A stretch of DNA of 64,000 nt from Eledone cirrhosa (Eukaryota): positions 142,476,001-142,540,000 of the forward strand of contig OZ024742.1 in the NCBI GenBank assembly GCA_964016885.1. The letters run 5' to 3'. The position numbers were made by a program, and so were the translations under genes. Numbering within the stretch: position 1 is the first letter of the stretch; the number at the start of each line of letters is the position of its first letter. The notes under the pieces are model-generated. The model searched no databases. It was not told the origin of the DNA and was given only the letters and a program-made list of their open reading frames with translations. Of this stretch, positions 50,353-64,000 are shown piece by piece.

Positions 50353-51782
50353 CACAACAAATGTTTCGATGATCAATTAAAAAGCAATATAACAAGTGAT
50401 ATATCTGTCACCAAGAGAGCAGAAAAAGTAACAAGAATTGTACAACATAAATTCTTTTAATGCTGCATCCCCATGAATATACCCAGAGAGAGGGGGGAGT
50501 GGAGAGTGAGCTAATTCTTTTTTTATCTTAATAACAATGGTAATGAAATTTGCAGAAACTAAAGTGTTATGGATTTGAAAGAAATATTTTAGAGTGAATT
50601 CAACAGAGATGCTGACCAACAAGAAATAGAATATCTTAGAAAGTTCTTTTTTTTTTAAAGCATTATTTTCACTAATTTATCCACCATTTATCCCCGTTTC
50701 TTGTCATTGCATTAAGTTATACTCATGATTGACATCAAAGCCATTTTAGGATCAGGTATCTTTATCTCCCATTGAAGTAACATTGATTTCTCTTCTCAGG
50801 TATCATACCCTCCAGACAAATCTTAGAAAGAATGTTTGGAGTGGTCAAATGGTTTGAGAGAGTTATTTTTAATTTTATTAAACATTGGTTATTGTGTCAT
50901 TTCTCTTAGGTGTATATTTTAGCTTCAATTTTTTATGGTTAGGCAGGCAGGCAGAAAGACACAGCTAGACAAATGTTTTTGTTGTCCTAAGATATAGCTA
51001 AAAATAACAACAGTCGACTGTAAAACACAGGTGCCGCTATGAGCAAGTTTCAGCGTGGCTTTCTCATAACAGGTCCACCCAGCTCCCAAATACAGCTCCC
51101 AAATACAGATCTGCTCAGGTTACAACGCAGCTCACTGGCCAAACCTCTCTCATAACAGGACCACCCAGTTCCACACTGTAAACGTAGTTGTTGTTTGGAA
51201 AGGCATCCAACTGTAAAAAACCTGGCCAAAATACAGTTCCGTTTGAACAAGGTACAATGTGGTCAAACGGCCAGGCTTGCCTCATAACGTGGACGCTCCA
51301 TCTGACCCATGCAAGTAAAACATTAAACAGTTCAAAATCTTAGATAAATTTGCTCAACATGAAAGATAGAATAGCCATAGCTAGAAACAACAGCCAAAAA
51401 TTTTGATTCCATCTGATTGATTATAGATTTTCTCAAATAAAGCTGAATGGGGTTACCCAACAAGAACAAGACTAGACTAAAAATACATCCATATGCTTTA
51501 TTCTCATTCATATCTATTTTAGAATAGTTTATAATTGCTTACACAATATCTATGAATTCTCTAAAAATATAGAACATTGTTTTCCTTCTAAAAGAAAATA
51601 ATCAATAATCAATAAAACTATAACAATGCAAAATAATTAAAACCTCTTTGATACCACCCCAACCAAAACTAACTGTTTCTATAAAACAAAACCACCCACT
51701 TTAAGGGGTTCCTATTTATATCTTACAACATAATTTGTTATAAGAACCTTTTATGTTATAAATACTATCTTAATAAAATAAT

Positions 51783-51966
51783 TGTTTCTACTTTAGGCAC
51801 AAGGCCAGCAATTATCCAGTACATTACTGGTACTTTATTTTATCGACCCCGTAAGGATGAAAGGCAAAGTTAACCTTGGCGGGATTTGAACTCAGACCGT
51901 AAAGGGACGTAACTATGCTAGAAAGCATGGCGTCCAACCCTCTACCGATACTGCCAATTCACCGCC
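51783..51966 (-). mobile_element. tRNA-derived SINE (Nin/Deu-like) with 19-bp TSD, inserted in a MITE
   Basis: ACTATCTTAATAAAATAAT on both sides. Confidence 0.85.
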
Positions 51967-53973
51967 ACTATCTTAATAAAATAATGAAATAATAATTGTT
52001 TCTACTTTTGGCACAAGGCCAGCAATTACCCAGTACATTACTGGTACTTTATTTAATAATGAAATAATAATGTTAGTAAATCCTGTCAAATGTTAGTTAA
52101 TTGAAATATAGTGTATCTTATTAGAAATATGGTCAGAAAAGGGGTTAAGATAATTGGGAGATTAAAAATATCAGAAGTTGCTTACAGGAAAGCAAGCTTA
52201 AGTTGATTATATAAGGGTTGAAGAAATGTTGAGAAGTGTACTATCTAAATGTAGATAATGTAGCAAAAGATAGATAATATAATTGTTTCATTAAAGCATA
52301 GGCAAAATGCCTTGTGGCATTTGTTTTGGCTCCCTGCACTCCAAGCTCAAATCCTACTGAGATCAACGTCAACTTGGCGTTTCATGTTCTTAGTGGATTG
52401 ACAGAATTGTTGGTATCAGACATGATGCCTAGTATTTTTCTTCAGCTCTTTACATTCTAAGTTCAAATCCAGCTGTGTCCTATCTGCATAGTAGACTTAA
52501 TCTGTCACTCAATTTAACACCACCACTTGATCATTTGGTACCTTTAGTGGAGTCCACTCTGTTAAAAGAATTTAGACCAGGTCTCCAATTTGAGGATACC
52601 TTGCTCCCTCCTCATATCAAAACAGTCTCAAAGGTCCTGAAAATGAGCATGAGCCCTGCTCTTGACTAAACACCCTAACAACTCTGCTAAATCCCCAGCT
52701 TCCTTTAACCCTTTATCTCTTAACATCTTGTACCTCATGAAACTGCATTACCAAGATATTCTTGAAAAATATAAAACAGCACTATAACTGCATCACATTC
52801 AAAATTCAAGTCGTTACTGAAAATTAACACAAAGATCTGTCTCATAATAAAAATGCTATAAACATTCGAATTATCAAACTTGTTTTTAGATACTTTATGA
52901 ATAATCATTACATGATGTTTAAAGTTAAACATGAAACCACTTAAAATGTTCAAATTTATATTCACATCTTGAAATGAATTCTCATTATTCTCAGGGCAGT
53001 GGATTGGCAGTATCAGTAGAGCTTCGGACAATATGCTTCGAAGCATAGAGTTACGGCCCTTTACTTTCCGAGTTCATGGGGTCGATAAAATAAAGCACCA
53101 GTAATGCACTGGGGTCGATTTAATCACTTTTCCCCTCCCCCTTCAAATTGCTGGCCTTGTGCCTAAGTAGAAACAATTATTACATGATAGACTGTATTAT
53201 TTCAGTTGTTAAATATTCGTTTTTTATAAATAAGTTAAAAGTTATTTCGCTAAACCTCTTGTAATTCTTCATTATTTTGATAGTTAAAACACAAACCCAC
53301 TAAATTCTTGTTAGAAATATGGTCACAAAAGGGTTAAAGCTACAAATATTCTAAAACAATTTTAACACCAATCTTTTTGCAGCATTTGTTCTAACAAAGC
53401 TATTTAACTCAATGCTCTGTACTGGATAGGACCACATTCTTGAAAATTACAAAACAGCACTCTGGTTGCATAACATTAAAAATTAGTCTTTCCTCTATAC
53501 TGCAAATTTTAACAATGATCTGTCTACTAGTACATTTGAATTAACAAACCTATTTTTAGATATTTTCTGCTAAATCATTAAGTCCTATACCACATGAAAC
53601 CGCATTAGCAAGACATTCTTAAAAAGTATAAAACAGCACAATGATTGCAACACATTAAAAATTGAAGTCCAAATTTTACAACAATCTGTGCAATAGTAAA
53701 GATACTATAAACATTTGAATTAACAAACCCCTTGTTAGATATTGTTTTCCTTACAGGAAGTCAAGAATTAAAATACAGAGGTAATATATTCTTGCTAGAA
53801 ATATGGTCAAAAAAGGATTAAAGGTGCAAATATTAAAATAATAATGAGATTTTAAAAACTAAAAATAAATATTCAAAAGATAAAGGGTTTGGTTTCTTGC
53901 AGGCACTGCTATCCACATTTTTCTGTCTCCAAGGATACTCCACCCAATTTTCTCAACTATTATTTATAATTTA

Positions 53974-54160
53974 GGCGGTGGATTGGCAGTATTGGTAGAG
54001 TGTCGGATGCCATGCTTTGGCGCATAGAGTTATGGCCCTTGCCATTCTGAGTTCAAATCCCGCCGAGGTTAACTTTGCCTTTCATCCTTACGGGGTTGAT
54101 AAAATAAAGTACCAGTAATACACTGGGTAATTGCTGGCCTTGTTCCTAACGTAGAAACAA
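53974..54160 (+). mobile_element. tRNA-derived SINE (Nin/Deu-like)
   Basis: Same family; TTATTTATAAT on both flanks. Further copies at 43090-43220 and 52993-53180. Confidence 0.85.
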
Positions 54161-57100
54161 TTATTTATAATGAGCAACTCTTATTATTATGATCATTTGT
54201 GTTGGCATGCACACATTTCAAATTTTATAAATGCTTCTTAAGTCAACCATTGTTTAAAAATAAAGTATTTTTAACACCAATCTCCTTGCAACATTTTTCC
54301 AACAAAGCTACTTAATGTATTAAAACACTTGTACATGATGCTGAACAGACAGGAGAGAAATGATGACAGGGAATGTTGGACAGTAATTAAAAAGATATCT
54401 CACTGTTCTATTTATCCTCTTAGACAAGATAGAAAATTAGGATGTGTTTGCATATGAAAACTACCTTTGTGATTAGAGTGTTATCTAAACTCTATATAAT
54501 AACATAAACTATGAAAACGTCTGGGGGGATAAATGAGCAATTGATACAAAACAAACAAGAAGAAGCTGTTGTTAAATGTATGCAACTAGATTAGCAAACA
54601 ACTTATTGAATAGTTTGATACAAGACACACAAGAGGATTATTACAATGAACACTTTTCTAGTAATCAACCGCACACTAAGAAGGCAGCATTCGTTTATTC
54701 TTTTACTAGTTTCAGTGATTAGACTGTGACCATGCTGGAACACCACCTGAAAGGGAGTCAGTCAATTATATCTACTCCAGTACGTTATTTTTCTTTTCAA
54801 GTCTGGTACTTATTTTATTGATCGCTTTTTTTCTAACTGCTAAGCTATGAGTTCTGAGGCATAAATACAGCCACAAAGAAACACTGACACACACACATAT
54901 ATACACACAGCATAGAAGAACAAACATGAAAATTTGATTTTATATATATATATATATATATATGACAAGCTACTACAGTTTCCATCTACCAAATATAACT
55001 CATAAGGCATTGGCCAGTCCAAGGCTATAGTAGAGGAGACCCTTACCCAAGGTGTCATAAAGTGAGAGCAAGCCTAAAACCACATAGTTACAAAGTGAAC
55101 TCTTTAACCTCGCAGCTGTCTGCATCTATGCTGTGCAATCTACAATCAAATAACTTAGGACATTACATACTACAAGAGACACCACTATCAGAAATGACAC
55201 TATCAATTGTAAAAATACAATAATATAGGTGCAGACATGACTTTGTGGTTAAGATGTTTGCTTCACAACCATAGGGGTTAGGGTTCAGTCCTACTGCATG
55301 GCACTTTGGGCAAGTATCATACTATAGCCTCAGACTGACTAATATCTTTTGAGTCAAATTTGGTAGAAGGGAACTGTGCAGAATGCCTTAGCATGTGTGT
55401 GTGTAAATTTACTGTTCATTTATGTTCCCTAACTTAACAATTCAACAAAAAGAAATTGATAAAATAAGTACCAAACTTTGAAAAAGTAAGTATCAATGTT
55501 ATATAATCGACTAAATTGCTTCTAGGCAGAGTCATAATATAGCTGCAGTCTAATAATTGAAACCAGTAAAAGAATAATAGAATAATTGTATGATAGTAAA
55601 AAAAAAAAATCAAAATGTTCAACTTGAATGGAAATTGAAAGATCCTGATTGAATGAACAATTGTATATTATATAATAACAATCACTAATAATAAATGGTT
55701 GAATAATATGTATTAACACTTTTGATAACAAATAACCTGAAGCCCCACAACCAACTACCTTTTTTCTGCATTACAATGCTGTTTAATTTAAGGTGTTTAT
55801 ATATTTATCTAAAAAAAACCTTCCCTCATAATTTTATGTAAGCACCTTTGTTAACCCTTCTGATACCAACCTGCTCAAAACTAACTTTGTTTCTATGAAA
55901 CAAAACCACTCATTTTAGAGTGTCTATCTAAATTAAAACCTGCCATATTTTTTTATATATTAGAACCTTTTATGTTACATTACAAATACCATCTTACTAA
56001 TGAAATAATTCATAATTTTAGTGATTAACTAAAATAGTGCTTTTCATCAGAAATATGGTCATGAAAGGATTAAGCTATGTTACAAAAACCAGCTTAATAA
56101 TGAGAATGTTAATTATTTTACTATATCATGCCAAATTCTTAAATTATTTTAAAATTAACTGAAAATCATAGACAATGCATTTTATTAGAAATATGGTGAC
56201 AAAAGGACTAGTTATGTGATTCAATTATCAAGATCGTTCTCTAATTTGAGAGTTAGAATTTATCTGTTCATAACTTCCAGACACACTTTAAGCAATCAAC
56301 AAAATGATGCTGATGGATTCTGCATTGATTTCAATAATGAGCATTCAGTTATCCAATCAATTGAACATTCACCTTATGAATAAACTTGTAAGTGGTTGAG
56401 TATTCCACACACTTGTGTAGTCTTAATATAATTCTCAGGCAGAATCAACACAACACAAATGTGACAAGACTGGACCTTTGAATTACAGATACAATCTATC
56501 CAAAAGGCTTCAACCTAATTTCACTCATAAGTCTGAGGCTATTGTAAATGGCACATGCCTAAGACATGATACAGTGGGATCAAGTCCTAGACCTCATGAT
56601 TGAAAAGCAAGCTACTTAACTACTCAGCCATGCCTCCATTCACAATCAAATAAAATAACATTCAAAGGGAAATGAAGAGGGAAAGGGAGCAACAGACTAC
56701 ACCCCAGTCTGAGCAGTCTCTCTCAGTCAGCTGCATTCCTGCAAACAAAATGGTGAAGGCAAATAAATACATGCCAAATAAAAGCATTTACACTGCTTTC
56801 TTTGAAAAGATATTTCCTTTTTTTTTCTTTTTTTTTTGTAATATAAACACAATCATTTGTATAATTCAGAATAAAATTTCCAATTGTAATAACCTATGAG
56901 GCTAAGGTCATATTTAAAGCAGAGCAGGCATTATGGTATCCAATAGTTTCCAATCTGATAGCAATTAGATTACTGATGCTAACCTGCAATTAATCAATAA
57001 GTATGCAATAATGCTTTTATGAGAAATATGCATCAATTTCCTAACATAATTCTTTGATGTTCAAAAATGCAACTATGTGTGTCAGTTTTAACAAATATGT

Positions 57101-60100
57101 ATATTAGTTACACACATACAGAGCAAATGAGCTTCGTTTCTGATCCATTCAAAATAGCTGTCCTAACTAAATCCATTCCATCCTGCACACAACCAATCTA
57201 TAACAATTGAACATGTAATGAAATATTATATATAACAAGGTCAAATCAACAGTGTATGGAACAAACTTTATCAAGGTTCAATGATAAAATAGACAATCAT
57301 ATGAATGAAAGTACATTTAATAGTTGGGGTATTCAACAACTAACACTGTTACCACCAACATCATCATCATTTTTATGTTTTTCCATGTTTGCATAAGTTG
57401 AATATGAATTTTTATGACACCTTTTCTACAGCTACATGTCCTTCTAACCCTTGCATTATGCTAAGTATAGTATATGCTGCTGAAATTTGTCAAACTGCAA
57501 TACTGCAAGATGTTTTGTTTACTGAGATCATAAATGTGACCACAGGATTTATAAATGGTGTTGATATGACATTTGCAGTGACTGGCATACAGCCATATAC
57601 TCACACACACACACACTTTATATATCACAGGCTTCTTTACAGCTGTTTAGGCATTGGTTGGCCAATGAATATTGAAGTATATGAAAGAAATGAAATGAAA
57701 TTTACAGCTCACACATATGTAGGTTTAGCTAGCTTCCTACAAGTTGTTCACATTTGCCAATATAAATAAAATAATAATTGTCACCAATTAATTTCTATTT
57801 TTTTTAACCATATATTTGAATATAGGAGGCTTCTTGTGTGTTTATTGAGAGGAACCCCAGTCCTGTCGTGAAAAGCAACAAGAAATGAAGTGTCCTCCCC
57901 AAGAGCACAAGACACCACCCAGTCAAGTAAATGAACCCATGACACAAAGACATGTGACCTAGTGATTAGAACGTTAGACTCATCATCGTAAAGCTATAGG
58001 TTTGATTCCTGGATCAGGTGGCACATTGTGTTCTTGATCAAGACACACCATTTCACACTACTTTTCATGATAGGGTTGGGGCTTCTATCATTAAAACACT
58101 TGAGAAGTCTATATTCAAATATATGGTTGAAAAGTAATAAATATTAGATGGGAACAATTATTTATCTTTTTCATTGTACAAGCAACAACAATGACACATA
58201 TTTCATCTCTTCTAAGAGGCTTCATCAGCATAGTGTGGCTTTTTAATCAATTGCTGAAATATTAGCAAATAAGATAAAAGGTAATTGGACCTCTGTCAGA
58301 GTGGCCTTTTGAATTACAAGTACAGTTCCTTGATGTAGCAATGTTAAAGTGTACCTTTTCTCACACTACTCTTTCTTTTACAGATGTGAAAACAAATTGA
58401 AATGAAAACTTTATTCTCAAGAATATGAATCATAAATTTATGTAGGAGAAATAGTCTGTAAGTGTAAGAACATTACACTAAGAACATTACATGCCATAAC
58501 ATTACAAGATTACATATATTGCATACCACAACATTCATTACATATACCGCATGCAAACACAGACACACACATATGTATGTATATATATCATCATCATCAC
58601 CATTTAACGTCCATTTTTCCACACTGGCAAGGGTTAGACAAGTTGTCCTGTTGGAAATGATAAAGGAACACAAGCAGAGAGACTAAAGGGAACTCTTCTA
58701 ATTCGTGCAAACATAGAAAAATGGGCATAACAATGTTGATGATGATGAATTTTGTTACAGAATAACAGGCAGAGCTTATAACTTATCAAACTGCTGCTAG
58801 ACTGGAAACCAGTGATACTTCAATAAGATTAATATGGCTAATCTTTATTTTAAAACTCTTGATGATCAGCATTTGAAGATAAAGCTATACCTACATATTT
58901 TTACAGCTGCCTCTTTCTGAAGTTAACCACTCAATTAAGCCAACAAAAGAGCCTGCATATGTTTACTAAAACTGGTAGAAATAGTAGTTAAATCTCCCTC
59001 AAATTACACTCTAACATCTTTTAAAAAAATGTATGAGCACATTGAATATTGTAGCTCCAGCTTGAAAGAAAGGCAAGATAATCATAGCTGGAATACTTTT
59101 GATCGATTCTTTTCTCAATCAGTGTTCAACTGGGGATAAATAAACACTAACAACTATGAAAGGAACGTTTATAAAAAGTTCATATTTCTCTCAAGACTAG
59201 CAGCTCGACTGACTTTTTTGACATTAAGTGAGTGGGAGTACAAAACTCCCAACTGGGCAGGATACCAATCCATCATAGAGTCAACTCTCAGCTGCTGCAG
59301 ATACTAATTTCCAGCTGAGTTTTCCAGAACAATGGAAAATGAAATGAAGTGCACAAAATAAAGTGAACAAAACACATCACCTAGTTTGGGAATCGCACAT
59401 ATGGTATTACAACCGTGAACCTAACCAATTAGCTGCACAACTTCACTAGAAAAGCAATAAACTGGAGAGGTACAGTTATAGTGAAGCTGACTTAATCCTT
59501 ATCATTCAAATATCAACTACAGATTTTTATATGGTAGTGATCTAATCCCTACCATCATGGCTGGTTAGCCACTGTGGGATTTGAACTTAGAAGGCAAAGG
59601 GTTGGAATAATACCACAAGGCATACTAACATACTACTCATAATTGTTCCCATCACAATACCTCCTACCCACACTATCCAAAATCACCCCCACACCTTCAT
59701 GACCCTGTCAAACACCACCACAGTTGCCACCTCTCTTTCTTAAACTCCCTTCATTGGATAGAGACGGCTCTTCAGTCAAGTCCATGACCGACAACTTTCC
59801 CTGTGCAGGTGCCTTGAAAAATGCATCCGTTAAAATCTGTAAAGTGACAGGAAGGGCTTACAGCTATAGAAATCATGCCAAAAAAGGAGTTGAGAGGACC
59901 TTTCAGTTGTTTTAGGGCATTACAACCTCTCTGGTGTTGGTGACATGCTAGAACGCATCCAGTATACTCTGTAAAATGACTGGTGTTAGGAAGGGTATCC
60001 AGCTATAGAAAATTTGCCAAACAGAGGATCAAGCAGACTTTTCAGTTATGCCAAAAACATGACAATCTCCCAAGTGCTGGTGCCACAATAAAATACACCT

Positions 60101-60408
60101 GGTGAACGCTATCGAGTGTGGGAGGGAATACATGTGAGATGTGGATCCTTGCTTGTAGGGAAATAGATGTTAATTGATGTTGATACCATCCGACAGGTGA
60201 TGTTCAACAGATTTGGCTACTATTTCTAGTCAATTGGATAACCACTAAAAGAGTCTTCCTGTTTGATCTCAAATGGCATGTGTGTGGTGGGGGAAGATGT
60301 GTGTATGTAATCAATGTTTACCAAAATTAAAAATCTCAATTGTTCTTGTGTGTTATAAGTATTTAGATTATAAAAATGTCCAAAAATTCAATAAAAACAT
60401 AATCTTAC

Positions 60409-60500
60409 CTTTCTCTCAAGAATTCAATAAACTCTTTGCTAGCAGTTTGGCCATGTTTCATATTATGATAAAGCACAAAAAAGCCATTGTTTTTCTCCCC
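60409..60500 (-). CDS. FCHO2: FCHo1/2-like F-BAR protein, most 5' coding exon visible in window (92 nt)
   Basis: ttttcaatAG|GGGGAG...GAAAG|GTaag. Encodes [30 protein letters not shown](S), matching recalled human FCHO2 [31 protein letters not shown]. Confidence 0.95.
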
Positions 60501-60877
60501 CTATTGAAAAGAAATAAAAATAATAAGTAATATTTAACAAATGAAAAGTCTTTAAATCTAAAAAAAAAATTTCAAAAAAAAAAAACACTTTTGTTATATT
60601 TCTAGTGAAATACACTGCCTATGGTTTTCAAATCATTTTGAAAATAGACAAGAATTTTGAGAGATTTTGAAATGCAACTTTCTCATTATTAAGTTGATGT
60701 CTGGAACAATTTAACGAAGGTTCTTGCATAGAATTATGATGGAAGGCTTTAAAGCAAACATATTTTTATCATAAAATCAGAGGCAAAAGAATGTTGTATC
60801 AGGTGGTAGAAATAGTGCAAGCAACATGTAACCAAAAATAGCTTAATTCCACTGATACCATTTATTCATGTACATGT

Positions 60878-61286
60878 TTAACCCTTCGATGACCATATTT
60901 CTAATAAAGAGACAGCATATGATTTGCAAACAATTTGAAGGGATTTATTAATATATTTAACTTTCTCATTATTTAGTGGGTGTTTGGAACATAACTTAAC
61001 AGAAATTAGTACATAAAATTATGATGGAAGGTTTTTAGATAAATGCCATGATAAAAAGCATTCGGTCCACATTTACAGTGTGGTTAGTGTTAGAAAGCGC
61101 ATCCATATGTAGTAACCAAGCCAGAAACAACTCATCTAACCCATGCTAGAATGGGAAAATGGACGTTAAATGGTGAAGATGATGATGATAAACACACTGA
61201 AGTTACGATGATAATGATTAAAATATACAGCTTAGTATTATAGAATCAGGGGCAGTAACAAGGCAGTTTGGTATCAAAAGGGTTAA
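60878..61286. mobile_element. TTAA-flanked MITE carrying an inserted RTE/SINE tail
   Basis: TTAA|CCCTT...AAGGG|TTAA termini. Confidence 0.7.
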
Positions 61287-62139
61287 ATGTAAAAAAAAAA
61301 ATTAACATTAACAAACAAAGATAAGGCTTCAGAAGTGGGGTGAACAACATGTAACCAAATGTAACTTCCACCAATATCATTCATTTATTTAAATAGGGAT
61401 TTTTTTTCTTTTCACAATACATCATTATATTTCAAAAGCAGTAGCAGACAACCACAATCTTTCTCCACACATTACAATATCCATAATCAGGTGTGGTCCT
61501 ATGGTTCTCTGGTTATATCATAACTGACAAATATATTTAACTTGGACAGCTGGTAAATGTGGAATACAGACACTTAGAGGAAGTAAAAGGATGAATCCCA
61601 GCTAGATGGTGTGCTTTTGGTAAATTAAATGACATTCAATAGTATGATGCAATTAAGTCTGAAGTGCATAGTGTCTGACCTGTGTATATACCAGACTCAT
61701 GGAGTAGAGACATGGTTGATGACTACAATCATGGAACAGGAGCTTAAAATAACACCCCAAAATATGGAAATATGTATGATATGATTCACTAAATAGGAAA
61801 TCTTATCAACAGACAAGAGCAGAGAAAATACAAGATATCATAAAACATATTAAGAAAAAAGCTGAAGTGAGCAGGGCATGTGGCATGCCAACTGGAGAAG
61901 AAAGTATGGAGATTGAAGAAAAATAGGTTAAAGTAGTTGATGGAAACAAAGGATGAGGCAAAGAGATGAGATTGATATGTTTATGGGTGTTACATGAATG
62001 AAAGTAGCATAAGATGGGAACAATCTGCAGTGAGCAGATAATCTCTGAAAATGATGATACACACACACATATATATATATACACACATCCATGTATATGT
62101 GTATACACCAACACACCTATATTCATATATATATATATA

Positions 62140-62770
62140 TCCACCTTAAGCTGGGAAAAAAATTACTTCATGGAGTTCAATTGCTAATTGAAGAAGGCTC
62201 CTTGTGCCTCTGCTAGCCTAGTTTGCGTGATGCCCTAATGACTCTCAAAGCAGGGGCCTTTCAACGGCATCTTCATTCTTGAGGTACAACCAGAAGATAG
62301 AAGCCATGTCTGGAGGATAGTAAGCCTGACAAATGAGCAAAATGCCTTCAAGAAACCTTGAATCAACTGTGATAAATGAGCCACAACATTTTCATGATGC
62401 AGCTGCCAGTTTTGTGAGACCCACAGATCTGGTCTCTTGCACCGAAATGCAGCACAAAGACATCAGTGGACTTTCTGATAGTACTCCTTTGTAACTGCTT
62501 CTCTTTCTGGTGCATATTTATGGTGCGCAATGCCTTGGTAATTGAAGAAAACAGTCAGCATCTTGATTTTGCTCTGTACCTGATGAACCTTTTGGTCCTT
62601 GGTAACATTGGACAACTAAGCAATTGGTTTCCGGGTCATAACCATACAATCATCTCCAATTATCAAGGTATTCAGGAACTCGGGATCCTTGTTGTCAATA
62701 TTGGTTGAAATGAAAATAGAACAGCATGCTGGCTGCCTAGTAGGTTCACCAAAAACCACACATGTGCACA
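62140..62770 (-). mobile_element. mariner transposase remnant
   Basis: Manual translation DPEFLNTLIIGD...YGYDPET...QSKIKMLTVFFNYQGIAHHKYAPEREAVTKEYYQKV. Confidence 0.8.
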
Positions 62771-62865
62771 AGTATATGCAGCTCTACTCAGCATACTTTT
62801 GACTCTCTAATGACATTATTTCCCAAAGGAAAAATAAAGTCCAATACTTTTTCAACTGAATTCAT

Positions 62866-64000
62866 ATCATCATCATCATCATCGTTTAACGTCCATCTTC
62901 CACGCTTGCATGGGTTTGGATGGGAGTTTTCCCACTTGAGGCAAGATTGGTTGTCTTGCTTGTATAGGACTGAAGGCAGGTTTTCTACAGCTGGATGCTC
63001 TTCCTAACACCAACCACGTTTACAGTGTGGACTGGGAGGTTTTTACCGTGTTACCTACACAGCCACATTACAGCGTGGACTGTGTGCTTTTTTTTTTCGT
63101 GACACCTACACTACCTCATTTATTTCGGACTGGATGTTGTGGTACCAACATAACTTTACATCGAAAGGGGTGGTGTGGATGGGTGGGGTGGGGGGACGGG
63201 GGTGTATTTTTGTTAGAGGTGCCTACTGACTGTAGGTTTCGCTTTGTACTTAGGCAAGGCGGGTCTTCTGTAAAAAGATCTCGGTCCAGTGACATTGTCT
63301 TGGAGAGTTGTAAGTGTGTGAGGTCGGAATTTATCGAGTCGTCCCAGGTTTTTCTGGGTCTGCCTACTCCGTGGCTACCGTCTATTTTTAGCACCCTGCA
63401 CTTTTTATACAGTCTTTCATGCGCATCACGTAACCATACCAACGTAGTCTTCTCTCAAGTAAACAACATCTGATTCCTCTTATTCCTAATTTCTCCCTTA
63501 ATTCATTTATGCTTTGCCGTTCACGTATATTACTATTACACATCCAACGGAGCATGCAAGCTTCGTTCCTCTCCAGTCTGCGTATATCCTCTGTGTATAT
63601 CCTCTGCACACAATGCCCAAGTCTCATGTAACATTGCTGTTCGTATGCAGGCATCATACAGTCTGCCTTTCATTTTTAGAGAGAAACCTTTTGCGGCCAA
63701 TAGTGGTATAAGCTCTCTGAACTTTTTCCATCCCGTTCTGGCTCTAGCTACTGTACTTTCAGGGCACCCTCCACCACTGCTGATTTTGTCACCCAAGTAA
63801 CGGAAGGTGTCCACTATTTCTATAGAACCATCTGTGCAATGGAATGAGTTAGTATTCTGTGGTCACTTGCTGCTACTTATTGCACCTGAGCACCGGCCAC
63901 ATATAAAATCTATATTCTTAGTTAGCTTACCTGTGATCCCACTACATCTTTTATGCACCCATACTTTGCATTTGGGACATAAAATGGAGTTTCTGCCTAC
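62866..64000 (-). mobile_element. RTE LINE 3' part, runs off the window end
   Basis: Same family as 39098-42770, with small indels. Confidence 0.9.

Overview
AT-rich animal genomic DNA. The repeat repertoire points to a coleoid cephalopod, probably an octopus (inference). The whole window lies inside one minus-strand gene, an FCHo1/2 F-BAR endocytic adaptor ortholog. Six small coding exons (487 nt in total) are spread over 59 kb; the first exon and the downstream exons fall outside the window. The introns are filled with mobile DNA: (i) several RTE-clade LINEs with a PHD-type finger, including one full-length, nearly intact copy with a target-site duplication (TSD); (ii) a compact Ty3/Gypsy LTR element with a 5-bp TSD; (iii) a full-length Tigger/pogo transposon; (iv) mariner, CRE and Helitron remnants; (v) TTAA MITEs, tRNA-derived SINEs, and Penelope-like foldbacks carrying hammerhead-ribozyme folds. 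The most notable signal is in the LTR element. It has no canonical TGG primer-binding site (PBS); instead the 12 nt directly after the 5' LTR (AGCTATTTCGGC) are the exact complement of the first 12 nt of tRNA-Phe, which suggests priming by a 5' tRNA fragment. All family assignments come from manual reading and recalled motifs, not database searches.
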